Below the pieces are notes generated by a model. That model was not told where the DNA came from. It searched no databases and saw only the letters and a program-made list of their open reading frames with translations. Position numbers and translations under genes: made by a program. From an uncultured Methanolobus sp. (GTDB lineage Archaea > Halobacteriota > Methanosarcinia > Methanosarcinales > Methanosarcinaceae): DNA of 64,000 nt. This document shows positions 1 through 9,723 of the stretch, piece by piece; the first letter of the stretch is position 1, and each line of letters begins with the position of its first letter. The stretch lies in the NCBI GenBank assembly GCA_963675495.1, contig OY776215.1, forward strand, positions 896,001 to 960,000. The letters run 5' to 3'.

Positions 1-846
1 GCTTTTGGTGCTGGAAAACTTGCTGATGCTGCTGATATTTATACCGAGATGCTTGCCAATGGATCAACCAGTTTCTTCGGGTTGGCAGGTGCCATGGTGC
101 CTGCGGGAATGCGGGACATAGTTACAGACCTCATAAAAGATGGTTATATTGACGTGCTGGTAACCACCGGTGCCAACATGGTGCATGAGATAGTTGAATC
201 AATGGGACTGCATCACTACAAGGGATGTGCTGACTGTGATGATGTCGAACTGAAGCACGATGAGATTAACAGGATATACGATGTCTACCTTCCAGAGCCT
301 TATTTTGTTGATTTTGAAGAAAAATTGAAAGCAATCCTTTCTGACATAGGTCCTGATACCATCTCTATCAGGGAATTAATGACCCATCTTGGAAACAACA
401 TCGATGACAAAAATTCAATACTAAGAGCTGCAGCTGACATGAACGTTCCTGTCTACTGTCCTGCAATACAGGACTCGATGATAGGACTTCAGGCATGGCT
501 TTACAAGCAGACAAAACCTCTGAACGTTGATGCTTTTGCAGACATGAGAGAGATAATCGATCACTGCTACGAGGCAAAGAATCCAGGGGCAGTGCTTATC
601 GGCGGCGGTGTCCCGAAGAACTACATCTTCCAGTCCATGCTTGTCACTCATCAGGAATTCGAGTATGCCATACAGCTTACAATGGACACGCCGGAAACAG
701 GAGGACTAAGCGGTGCAACTCTTGACGAAGCACGTTCCTGGGGCAAGGTCAGCGAAACCGCACGCTCGGTAACCGTCCACTCAGATGCAACAATAACACT
801 TCCGATCATGGTCGCTGCAGCAAGAAGCAGACTTGCCAAATTGTAA
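1..846 (+). CDS. dys: Deoxyhypusine synthase (5' end lies outside the window)
   Basis: Frame is open from position 1. Motifs [16 protein letters not shown] and [17 protein letters not shown], including the catalytic Lys. Confidence 0.9.
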   Translation, partial: AFGAGKLADAADIYTEMLANGSTSFFGLAGAMVPAGMRDIVTDLIKDGYIDVLVTTGANMVHEIVESMGLHHYKGCADCDDVELKHDEINRIYDVYLPEPYFVDFEEKLKAILSDIGPDTISIRELMTHLGNNIDDKNSILRAAADMNVPVYCPAIQDSMIGLQAWLYKQTKPLNVDAFADMREIIDHCYEAKNPGAVLIGGGVPKNYIFQSMLVTHQEFEYAIQLTMDTPETGGLSGATLDEARSWGKVSETARSVTVHSDATITLPIMVAAARSRLAKL

Positions 847-869
847 GAAAACTATTCAGGAACGATTAC

Positions 870-1523
870 ATGGAAAGAAAGACAGGACTCATTTTTGCAC
901 TTGATGTCACAGACAGAAAAGAAGCCATAAAGATATCCGAAAAAGTTGCCGGATATGTGGATGCGATCAAAATTGGCTACCCTCTGGCCCTTGCGACTGG
1001 AATGGATATAATAGGCCAGCTTTCAAAATACGCACCCATAATTGCGGATTTCAAAGTTGCTGACATACCAAACACGAACCGGCTTATCTGTGAGCAGGTA
1101 TTCAAAGCAGGTGCCGATGCTGTAATTGTCCAGGGTTTCACAGGACATGACAGCCTTGAAGCAACTGTTAAACTTGCAAAAGAGCAGAAAAAAGATATTT
1201 TCGTAGTTACCGAAATGAGCCACCCAGGTGCCCTTGATTTCATGCAGCAGGTTGGAGAAGGCATTGCAAAAATGGCAGCCGATGCAGATGCTTCAGGTGT
1301 CGTTGCACCTGCAACCCGTCCACAGCGTGTTACTGAAATAAGGAAGATAATAGGAAACAAACTTTCAATAATCTCACCCGGTGTGGGTGCACAGGGCGGC
1401 ACAGCTTCAGATGTCATAAAAGCAGGTGCTGACTGGGTAATCGTTGGAAGAAGCATTTACCAGTCAGATGAACCTGAACTGGCTGCCAAAAAAATAGTTG
1501 ATGAGATTAAAGAAGTCATCTGA
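870..1523 (+). CDS. pyrF: Orotidine-5'-phosphate decarboxylase
   Basis: [17 protein letters not shown] (DxKxxDIPNT), [15 protein letters not shown]. Confidence 0.97.
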   Translation: MERKTGLIFALDVTDRKEAIKISEKVAGYVDAIKIGYPLALATGMDIIGQLSKYAPIIADFKVADIPNTNRLICEQVFKAGADAVIVQGFTGHDSLEATVKLAKEQKKDIFVVTEMSHPGALDFMQQVGEGIAKMAADADASGVVAPATRPQRVTEIRKIIGNKLSIISPGVGAQGGTASDVIKAGADWVIVGRSIYQSDEPELAAKKIVDEIKEVI

Positions 1524-1610
1524 TATTTTTAATTTGAACTTGTGTGCCGATGATGATAAAACCAAATCTGATATATGATGAACCCTATGAGTACTGAGGC
1601 ACACATATCA

Positions 1611-2954
1611 TCATATTAATTCCAGATTCTGTTTGAAGATCTGTGAGAATACCTCATTCCTTTTAACATCAGATCTGGCTTCTTCAAGAGTCTTTTTAAG
1701 ATCTGAAACCGAGTTTTCTAGACTCTGGATATAAATTGTCTGTTGTTCCAGTTTGTTATTGAGCTTCTTGATATCGAGATTCTGACGATGGATGGAAACA
1801 TGGGCACCAATTTCCTTGTTAGTTCTTTCGACCATTTCTTCAAGTTCTTTTCTTTTAGACTCCATCTCTAAAAGATTTTTATCCATGCTCTCTTCAAGTC
1901 TTGTATTCTCCTCACGTCTTAACCTGAGCTTTTCATTCTCAGATTCAAGTTCAGCTTTCTTATTTTCCAGAGCACTCACCTCATCCTGGAAAGCCAGTTC
2001 TCTCTCTTTGTGAGCTCTGACACTTTTTTCGAACTTAAACCTGGAAGCTTCAAGTTCCTCGGTCTTTGGACCAAGGTCAACGAGCTCTGTATGTATGCGT
2101 TCCTTTATTATCCCTATTGAAGAGCGTTTTTCAGTGAGTAATGTTTCTTCATCTTCAAGTTCAGATCTGAGTGTCTCAATGTCCGCACGCCTTCGATTGA
2201 GTTCTTTCAATTCAGAATAATAACTGGACTTTATGGCCTCAATGGCTGCAGGATAAGTAACATCCGACAGCTCAATGGAGATTTCCTCACCTGATGAAAG
2301 TTGTTCTTCTAAAGACCGGTATTTTTCATCAAGTTCATTTCTCTGCTGCTCGTACTGTTTTAGCTCACTATCATAGGTAGATCTCAGGGAAGATAATTCT
2401 TCCATTTTTGAAGTGTACTCAGCAAGTTCTTTTTCATATCCAATTCTGGAGTCTTCAAATTCTTTAACCTGAACTTCAAACGCAGAACGCTTTTGTTCAA
2501 ATGCATTGATCTTCTTTTCGAGTTCTGCTGTCTGCTCAGGCGGTATGGCCCTTACAGCCCTCTGCGCAGCAGACTTCATTATCGCACATTTATTCCTAAG
2601 TGATTTTTCCTGTTCGGAGAATTGACTTTTAAGTTCATCAAGTTCTTTCTGTTTCTCCTCATAATCACTGATATCAGATTCATAACGCTTTTTTATGTCA
2701 GAAAGCACAGATTCTTTTTGGGCAAGATACTCTATATCTGACTCCGACACACTGTAAACAGGTTCCTGATCTGCATGAGTATGAACGGAATTAGCTCCTG
2801 ATATGTATTTTTGCGGGCCGGAGGAAGATACATTTTTTGTTACCTCCTTTTCCCTATCATCTGTTGTAATGGGTTTTCGATAAATATTCGGAGTGAAAAC
2901 CTTAGATGATTTTTCGGACTTCTTTTTGCCCTCTGACCAATTCGATGAATTCAT
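1611..2954 (-). CDS. Long segmented coiled-coil protein with a low-complexity N-terminal head
   Basis: 447 aa, E/K/L/S-rich heptads from about residue 70 to the end. Start overlaps the stop of the actin-like gene (ATGA, 2951-2954). Confidence 0.85.
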   Translation of the reverse strand: MNSSNWSEGKKKSEKSSKVFTPNIYRKPITTDDREKEVTKNVSSSGPQKYISGANSVHTHADQEPVYSVSESDIEYLAQKESVLSDIKKRYESDISDYEEKQKELDELKSQFSEQEKSLRNKCAIMKSAAQRAVRAIPPEQTAELEKKINAFEQKRSAFEVQVKEFEDSRIGYEKELAEYTSKMEELSSLRSTYDSELKQYEQQRNELDEKYRSLEEQLSSGEEISIELSDVTYPAAIEAIKSSYYSELKELNRRRADIETLRSELEDEETLLTEKRSSIGIIKERIHTELVDLGPKTEELEASRFKFEKSVRAHKERELAFQDEVSALENKKAELESENEKLRLRREENTRLEESMDKNLLEMESKRKELEEMVERTNKEIGAHVSIHRQNLDIKKLNNKLEQQTIYIQSLENSVSDLKKTLEEARSDVKRNEVFSQIFKQNLELI

Positions 2955-3991
2955 AATATCATTTCCTTATCCTGTTTTCCGGCATGCAGTTGTTGCCAGA
3001 ATTCCAGCGGCATGTTCCTGGCAAGTTCCAGTGCACCTTCAGAAATACCAAAAGTAGAGTCTAAGTCAAGGAAAACTTTACCCCCACCAAGCTCTTTAAG
3101 TTCGTTCTCAATAAAGGTACCAAGGCCAGGCAGATTACTTGTACCGCCAAATATGTGGATATTGTTCCGTATGGACTCACGCATATCAGGATCCACATTG
3201 GATAACATCCTGGTAATCCCTGAAACTACATCAGTTAACACAAACTCACAAGCGATCTGTATTTCTTCAGCTATTGATTCCTGAGTAGTTCCATTTTCAA
3301 GAGGAATGTCCACAACACATTGATCAGAACAAGGACCAAGACATCCATACTCTTCTTTCCATCCCATAGCAAGTCCTTCTGTGATCCTTGAATCCGGCCA
3401 TCTTTCATTGATGAGCTTGACTATTTCACGGTCGATGTTCTTTCCGGCGCACGGAAGACTCAGGCAATCATCTTCTTGCGGGATATTACTGTTAATGACA
3501 CAAATGTCTGTTTTATCAGACCCTATATCCACTATTATCCCCTCTTCCAGAAGCGATTTTTTGTAAGCTATACAAAAAAGTTCATCCACAACCATTACAC
3601 CTGAAAATATTTCACTGGAAAGCTCCAGAAGCTTCTGTTTGTATTTCCTGTCAGCGTTTGAAGGAACACCTATCATTGCATAAGTACCATCTTTACCAGA
3701 ATCAATAGCATGTTTATTCAGAAAGTATTTTAAAAAATTCTTAAAATGAAGAACATCATCTTCGTCTTTCAATTCATTTTTAAGGACATTATTAATAGTG
3801 CCATCTTCCAATGTCACAGCCTCTTGTCCGTATAGTATGCTCTCTGGGGAGTCTCCATTTTCTTTCTGCAAAAAAGCTATTGCAGTTCTCTCTGAAAATT
3901 TTTTACCATCGCTGGTGCAAATCGATGTTTTGAACATACCCACATCTATTCCAAGATACAGGCATTTACTATTATTGTCAAACTCCTCCAT
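2951..3991 (-). CDS. MamK-like actin-family ATPase
   Basis: Phosphate-1 LYLGIDVGMFKT, AMIGVP, connect-1 VVDE, phosphate-2 IIVDIGSDKTDIC, adenosine IFGGTSNLPGL, C-terminal GALELARNMPLEFWQQL. Colinear with recalled MamK motifs (LFLGIDLGT...SRGKKF, AVIGVP, GALRLAEELPPQYWCQL). Confidence 0.88.
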   Translation of the reverse strand: MEEFDNNSKCLYLGIDVGMFKTSICTSDGKKFSERTAIAFLQKENGDSPESILYGQEAVTLEDGTINNVLKNELKDEDDVLHFKNFLKYFLNKHAIDSGKDGTYAMIGVPSNADRKYKQKLLELSSEIFSGVMVVDELFCIAYKKSLLEEGIIVDIGSDKTDICVINSNIPQEDDCLSLPCAGKNIDREIVKLINERWPDSRITEGLAMGWKEEYGCLGPCSDQCVVDIPLENGTTQESIAEEIQIACEFVLTDVVSGITRMLSNVDPDMRESIRNNIHIFGGTSNLPGLGTFIENELKELGGGKVFLDLDSTFGISEGALELARNMPLEFWQQLHAGKQDKEMIL

Positions 3992-4224
3992 ATGATCTAC
4001 CAGGTTTTACTTGAACCCCACGAATTTCAAGTGAATACATCATGGAATTTTTTTCTATACCATGGAGTCTGATTAAATCAGTATTTATATATTATGAACA
4101 TGGGATTTCACTCTATGGCGATGAGTAAACATAAAAGAAATAGAGAAAATGTAAAAAATGGATTCTATCGACGTTAAACTAAAATATTGTTATATGAACA
4201 AAATATTAAATATATGTACATATT

Positions 4225-5115
4225 TTATATATAACTCTCTTTATGTTTTTTATACAAAACATGTATGATCCCATCTGCAAGACCCAGTTGAGGTACATGC
4301 ATGTGATTGATATTTCCCCATTTCATAACAGAATAGTATATCTTTGAAGCAGGCACGATAACATCAGCCCTGTCCGGACGCAGACCTATCTTCGTTATAC
4401 GCTGTTCCAGTGTAAAACCTTTAAGATACTTATTAAGTTCCTTAATGTCGTTGTCCATTAAAAGAGTTCCATCCTTTCTGCCGGACATACGGAAGAGCTT
4501 GTTGATATTACCACCGCTTCCAATAGCATAATCTGGCATGTGGTTACGGGTCACATTTTTCACCCAGCGTTTCATCTCATTCCAGTCATCTTTTGTAACA
4601 ATACCTTCAAGCATTCGAATGGTACCAATATTAAATGACCTGTAGGCAAAAACCTTTCCGCCTTTAAAGAGTATCAATTCAGTACTACCACCACCCACAT
4701 CAACATGGAGATAAGTTGAATCGCTGCTTCCGAGTATCTTTTCTATGCGATTTGAATAGATGATCTTTGCTTCTTTCCTTCCGCTTATAACTTTAAGGTC
4801 AATACCGCTTTTTTTCTTTATCAAGGAAACGATCTCATCACTATTTTCAGCCTCCCTCATTGCCGAGGTCGCACATGCCATAAAATCAATTGGTTCATAT
4901 GCATCCATAAGATGCCGAAATGCGATCATTGTACTTACAAGATGGGAGACCTTTTCCGGGGATATACTATTATGAACGAATGCATCTTCACCAAGACGGA
5001 TGGGCATTCGTATTAAAGATATCTTTTCATAAACAGGTTCTACGCCTTCAGAATCAACTCTTGACAAAAGCAATCTTACCGCATTAGAACCAACATCTAT
5101 AGCCGCAAATTTCAT
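4225..5115 (-). CDS. ppx: Exopolyphosphatase Ppx/GppA, short form without C-terminal HD domain
   Basis: AAIDVGSNAVRL, ATSAMREA, VDVGGGSTE, RPDRADVI, GLADG. ATG overlaps the ppk1 stop (TGATG). Confidence 0.93.
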   Translation of the reverse strand: MKFAAIDVGSNAVRLLLSRVDSEGVEPVYEKISLIRMPIRLGEDAFVHNSISPEKVSHLVSTMIAFRHLMDAYEPIDFMACATSAMREAENSDEIVSLIKKKSGIDLKVISGRKEAKIIYSNRIEKILGSSDSTYLHVDVGGGSTELILFKGGKVFAYRSFNIGTIRMLEGIVTKDDWNEMKRWVKNVTRNHMPDYAIGSGGNINKLFRMSGRKDGTLLMDNDIKELNKYLKGFTLEQRITKIGLRPDRADVIVPASKIYYSVMKWGNINHMHVPQLGLADGIIHVLYKKHKESYI

Positions 5116-7184
5116 CAAACAGCCCCATTGTTCAATTGTTTTTCAAGAAAATTATAAATATCATTCTGAGCCCTGTAGGACTTTTTTCCGCCTTTTTTGT
5201 ACTTGTTATCCTGAAGGTCATTGATAATTCTCGCCTTGCTGCTGTCCAGGAACTGTATATCCATATATTCTTTCAACTCTTTCTGAAGAGCCTTATCATA
5301 TATGGGTGTTGCAACTTCCACACGCCTGTCAAGGTTTCTTACCATCCAGTCAGCTGATGAAATGAAATATCTTTCATCATCATTGTTGCAGAAAATGAAA
5401 ATACGTGAATGTTCAAGGTATCTGTCAACTATACTGATGACTTCGATGTTTTCACTAAATCCTTCAACACCGGGAACAAGTGAACATATACCCCTGATGA
5501 CCAGTTTGATAATAACACCTGCCTTGCTGGCATCATACAATTTATTGATCATCTCACTATCCACAAGACTATTCATCTTAGCATGAATGTACGCAGGCTT
5601 TCCTGACCTTGCATTTTTTATTTCATTTTCAATGCGTTTTTCGAACGCCTTGCGCATTTGAAGTGGAGCAACAATGAGATGTTTGTACTCATATACTTTA
5701 TAATTATGACTGAAAAAATCAAAAGCCTTTTCCACTTCAAACGTAAGATCAGGATTTGCAGTCATAAGCATGTGGTCACAATAGAGTTTTGCAGTAGATT
5801 CATTGAAGTTACCTGTACCGATACATGAATAATGAACAGGAACATCATCCTCGTATCTGGTAATATGGCACAGTTTTGAATGTACTTTCAGACCAGGTAC
5901 GCCATCAATTATTCTTGCACCTGCATCTTCAAGTTTCTGGGTCCAGTAAATATTAGATTCCTCATCGAACCTTGCCTGAAGCTCAATTACAACAGTAACA
6001 TTTTTGCCGTTCTTAATCGCATTGATAAGTGCATTGATAACATTGGAATTTCTGGCAACCCTGTAAAGAGTGATCTTTATGCTTGAAACATGCGGGTCAA
6101 TTGCTGCCTCTCTTAACAGATCAATGAAATAATCGAAGGATTGATATGGATAATGTAGCAAAATATCATGTTCTCTTATAGCAGCAAAGAGACTCTTGTG
6201 ATTTACGAAGTATTTATGTGGCAAAGGATGTTTTGGCCCATAATAGAATGAATCCGAACCAATCTTGGGAAAACTCATGAAGTCTTTTGCATTATGATAT
6301 TTGCCACCTGGAACCAGATTTTCGAAATTCTCGATACCCAGCCTCTTTAGAGTAAAGTCAAGTAGGTAGTAAGGCATTTCCTTGTCATAAACAAAACGAA
6401 CGGGTTGACCTTTTTTTCGGTCCTCAAGACTCGCAGATACCTTTTCAAAGAAACTTTTAGTTACATCATCATCAATGTCGAGTTCAGCATCCCTTGTCAG
6501 TTTTATCGTATATGCACTTATTGAATCATAATCAAAAATTGAAAAAATATCATCAAGACCAAAGCGAATTACATCATCCAGCATTATGACACATTTCCTG
6601 TCGTCTGAATCTGGAAGATTTATATATCGAGGGAGTACATCAGCAGGAACCTCGATAAGAGCGAATTTTGAAGTTTGGGGGTCCCATTTTTTCTGGACAT
6701 CAATTAAAAGGTAAAGAACCTGATTTTTAAGATAAGGGAAATCGGGGATATCTTTCAGCATGACAGGAATAAGACGTGGCCTTACTTTTTCCAGGAAGTA
6801 TTCTTTAACAAATGATTTCTGGCTATCATCGAGTTGTGTTTCATCAACAATGAAAATGTTATGCTCTGCCAGTTCTTTTGTTAATCCAGTAAATACTTTA
6901 TCAAAATCATCACGCAATGTCAGTACTGTTTTATGTACTTGTTTCATGACTTTTTTCGGTGCAACTCCAACCATAGCTTTGGACTTCACCCCTGCATCTA
7001 TCATGCGCTGCAGAGTTCCGACCCTCACACTGAAAAACTCGTCAAGGTTCGAAGAAAAGATACCAAGAAACTTCAAACGTTCCAGTAATGGGACCTGCGG
7101 GTCTTTTGCTTCCTGGAGAACTCTTTCATTAAATGAAAGCCAGCTTATTTCTCTGTTGATATAATCATCTACTTCTTTGGACAT
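5115..7184 (-). CDS. ppk1: Polyphosphate kinase 1
   Basis: YINREISWLSFNERVL, SSNLDEFFSVRVG, LLHYPYQSF, ELQARFDEESNI, KVHSK, DRYLEHSR, SSADWMVRNLDRRVEV. Start moved to ATG 7184 (MSKEV). Confidence 0.97.
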   Translation of the reverse strand: MSKEVDDYINREISWLSFNERVLQEAKDPQVPLLERLKFLGIFSSNLDEFFSVRVGTLQRMIDAGVKSKAMVGVAPKKVMKQVHKTVLTLRDDFDKVFTGLTKELAEHNIFIVDETQLDDSQKSFVKEYFLEKVRPRLIPVMLKDIPDFPYLKNQVLYLLIDVQKKWDPQTSKFALIEVPADVLPRYINLPDSDDRKCVIMLDDVIRFGLDDIFSIFDYDSISAYTIKLTRDAELDIDDDVTKSFFEKVSASLEDRKKGQPVRFVYDKEMPYYLLDFTLKRLGIENFENLVPGGKYHNAKDFMSFPKIGSDSFYYGPKHPLPHKYFVNHKSLFAAIREHDILLHYPYQSFDYFIDLLREAAIDPHVSSIKITLYRVARNSNVINALINAIKNGKNVTVVIELQARFDEESNIYWTQKLEDAGARIIDGVPGLKVHSKLCHITRYEDDVPVHYSCIGTGNFNESTAKLYCDHMLMTANPDLTFEVEKAFDFFSHNYKVYEYKHLIVAPLQMRKAFEKRIENEIKNARSGKPAYIHAKMNSLVDSEMINKLYDASKAGVIIKLVIRGICSLVPGVEGFSENIEVISIVDRYLEHSRIFIFCNNDDERYFISSADWMVRNLDRRVEVATPIYDKALQKELKEYMDIQFLDSSKARIINDLQDNKYKKGGKKSYRAQNDIYNFLEKQLNNGAV

Positions 7185-7342
7185 AAGAATCAGTTTTTTT
7201 ACTTTTAAAAACATAAGAATACTGTCGTATTTTAATAAAAATACAGCTATCCTATTATATAGCATTTTATACAGATTCATATATAGTTATACATAGTACA
7301 ATATAGATTTTTATAGCCAATACCAGTCTGAAGCAATCCTCT

Positions 7343-9259
7343 TCAGGAGTTATAGATACCTGCTATTGCCTGCGAGAACCTTACACTGAAATCAGAATCT
7401 ATAACCCTGGACCAGACTTCCGGGAAGGCACTCATCAGGTTCTGAAGGTCCTGTTTTTTGTACTCCATATAAGCATCAACACCTGGGTAGTCCCCAAGTC
7501 CGTTTGAGACTGGTATCTTCTTTTTATCCGTTTCACCCCACCTACCATATTTCTCAAAGTTGCCGAGAAGTTCCAGTGCTACCACTATGTCATGCATATC
7601 TCCCAGATTGTCCTGAAGTGCCTTCAGATCCTTTATAAGGTCCCCGGATTCAGAACCAAGTGTTTCCCTGAAGAACTCAAGCGTATAACGTAATATTTTT
7701 ACATCAATTCTTAGCTGATGGTATTTCTCAAGATCAGGATCGACCATTGTTTCACCGGAAACAACTTCTTCGTATGCCCTCACAGTTGCAAACTGCGTGT
7801 ACAAAAGAACAGGCAACACATCAATAACCCTGCACGGAACAGGTTCACCATTTTTCTTTACAGACTTCATTTTCCAGGACTTTTTAGTCAGCAGGTGATC
7901 AGCAAAGTTATCCTTGAACTTGCTGTACCTGACATCATCCAGATATACAAGCATGCTACCACGCTGCTTTGCCCTTTCGATCAGAATGGAATCTACAAGC
8001 GGATCCATTTCCGCTCTGCTTTCCGATGGCTTCCCCTCAAGATAATGTTCGATATTCTCAAGAAAAACATCCAGATCACGTACAGAACCAAGTACCCTTC
8101 TTGTGGTCTTGACGTTCTTATAATGAGATAACATCTTTTTCATTTCAAGGTAGTCCTCAAGGACCTCTACTGCAGAACGCATACGCATTGCAGCAACCCG
8201 CATGTCGTGCAGTTCTTCGATGTCTTTCCCAACTTTGGTACCCCTCTCATGATCAATCATTACTCCAAAGTGGAACATGAGTATCTTGCGTGCTGCCTCA
8301 CGCATCGTATCAGTCGCTTTGATATTGGTCTTTTTAAGAGAACGGAACTCCGAGAATGGAATTGCAGGAACTACTGCAGTCTGTGTTTTTATGATTTGCG
8401 TTTCAGACACGGAAGTGGATTCAACATTTTTTCCAGGAACTGCTTCAGGAACTTTATTGTCCTCTGTTTCCGAAACGTCAACTATTTCTGGAAATTGTGT
8501 CGTTTCCAGAGCTGTGGGTTCTACGAAGCTCTCATCTTCAGGATGAACATCTTCTTTTAACGATGCATCAATTGATTGATCGTGAATTGTGTTTTTGTCA
8601 GGAGTCATGTTTTCCTCGGTTAGCTCCAGTATTTGAGACTCTGGCTGTTTTTCTTCAGAAACGTTATCATTTAGAATAAAATGGTCATAATTTCCATTGG
8701 TATCGGTAAGGAAAGAAGGCTCATGGGAACCTGATGTTATATTAGTCACCATAATACCCGCAAAGGTTGCAAGTACGGAACGATCATTTAATTGACTATA
8801 TTCATTGCTGACATCAGGTTTTTGTTTCTGTACCACTGTTGCTTGCGTTTCCGTGCCTGTGAAGGACTGTAAAAAGTAATTGACAAAAATATTGATCAAT
8901 AGTAGAAAAATACCGACTGAATAGAACATTATCACATAGGATACCTTTGGATATATCCAGCTTTCAGGGAAAGAGAATGTGAAAACAAGAAGTCCGGCTA
9001 CAGAAAATAATATGCCTGTCATGAACGAATAACTTCGTGAAAGTCGTTGGCGTATTCCTGCAATATTGATGCCTGCAAGAATTAACAATATCCCTGCACC
9101 CAGCAGGAAGCAAACTGTCAGTATGACCTCTGGACTGGAATTACGACTGAGTTTGCTCACCATAGCAAACAGGAGACCAGTCATACAAAAAACCAGACCG
9201 AACAAGAAACCCAGCGATGCGACTAAAGAATACTTCTTAACAAGCATGTTCGATGACAA
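7343..9259 (-). CDS. Membrane-anchored CHAD-domain (polyphosphate-binding) protein
   Basis: About 4 N-terminal hydrophobic helices, then an acidic/Pro/Thr linker, then CHAD motifs ELHDMRVAAMRMRS, LGSVRDLDV, YHQLRIDVKILRY, LQDNLGDMHD. Confidence 0.88.
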   Translation of the reverse strand: MSSNMLVKKYSLVASLGFLFGLVFCMTGLLFAMVSKLSRNSSPEVILTVCFLLGAGILLILAGINIAGIRQRLSRSYSFMTGILFSVAGLLVFTFSFPESWIYPKVSYVIMFYSVGIFLLLINIFVNYFLQSFTGTETQATVVQKQKPDVSNEYSQLNDRSVLATFAGIMVTNITSGSHEPSFLTDTNGNYDHFILNDNVSEEKQPESQILELTEENMTPDKNTIHDQSIDASLKEDVHPEDESFVEPTALETTQFPEIVDVSETEDNKVPEAVPGKNVESTSVSETQIIKTQTAVVPAIPFSEFRSLKKTNIKATDTMREAARKILMFHFGVMIDHERGTKVGKDIEELHDMRVAAMRMRSAVEVLEDYLEMKKMLSHYKNVKTTRRVLGSVRDLDVFLENIEHYLEGKPSESRAEMDPLVDSILIERAKQRGSMLVYLDDVRYSKFKDNFADHLLTKKSWKMKSVKKNGEPVPCRVIDVLPVLLYTQFATVRAYEEVVSGETMVDPDLEKYHQLRIDVKILRYTLEFFRETLGSESGDLIKDLKALQDNLGDMHDIVVALELLGNFEKYGRWGETDKKKIPVSNGLGDYPGVDAYMEYKKQDLQNLMSAFPEVWSRVIDSDFSVRFSQAIAGIYNS

Positions 9260-9280
9260 CTATTTCCCCTCTTAAAATAA

Positions 9281-9625
9281 TTATAGTTTTATGCGTTTCA
9301 ACCCTTTCATAGTTCCCTGGGTGATCTTCTGCTGCATTTTCAGCTGTCGTATCTGACTTTTTAGAAGACGTTTTTTTGCTTTGCCACCCTTCTTTTCAGA
9401 AAGTGAACCTTTTACTGCTTTTAGTTTTGATTGAATCTTAAATTTAACTATTTCTCTGTCCTTAAGAATCGCTTTTACAGGACATATTTTTATGCATTTT
9501 CCACAGTTGATGCATTTTTCGTCTATAATAATGGCTTTCCCTTTTACCATTTTAATTGCATCCACCGGACATTTCTTAACGCATTTTTTGCATGAGATAC
9601 ATTTATTTTTATTGACCAATGGCAT
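9281..9625 (-). CDS. 2x[4Fe-4S] ferredoxin with a Lys-rich C-terminal extension
   Basis: Two CxxCxxCxxxCP motifs (CISCKKCVKKCP, CINCGKCIKICP). Start at ATG 9625; TTG 9634 is also possible. Confidence 0.88.
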   Translation of the reverse strand: MPLVNKNKCISCKKCVKKCPVDAIKMVKGKAIIIDEKCINCGKCIKICPVKAILKDREIVKFKIQSKLKAVKGSLSEKKGGKAKKRLLKSQIRQLKMQQKITQGTMKGLKRIKL

Positions 9626-9723
9626 ATTACCCAATCCTAATTAACAATGGGTTAAGCAGGTATAAAAGTATATACAGTGAATATAATATACTATATAATA
9701 TTAGACAGACCAGCAGTTGATAT

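Noticed and set aside
1611-2954. SMC/Rad50 or defence-system ATPase
   Set aside because: No Walker A/B, signature, hinge or Zn-hook motif.
2951-3991. Magnetosome gene cluster or magnetotaxis
   Set aside because: No mamA/B/E/M/Q-like or iron-transport genes in the window; only the actin resembles a Mam protein.
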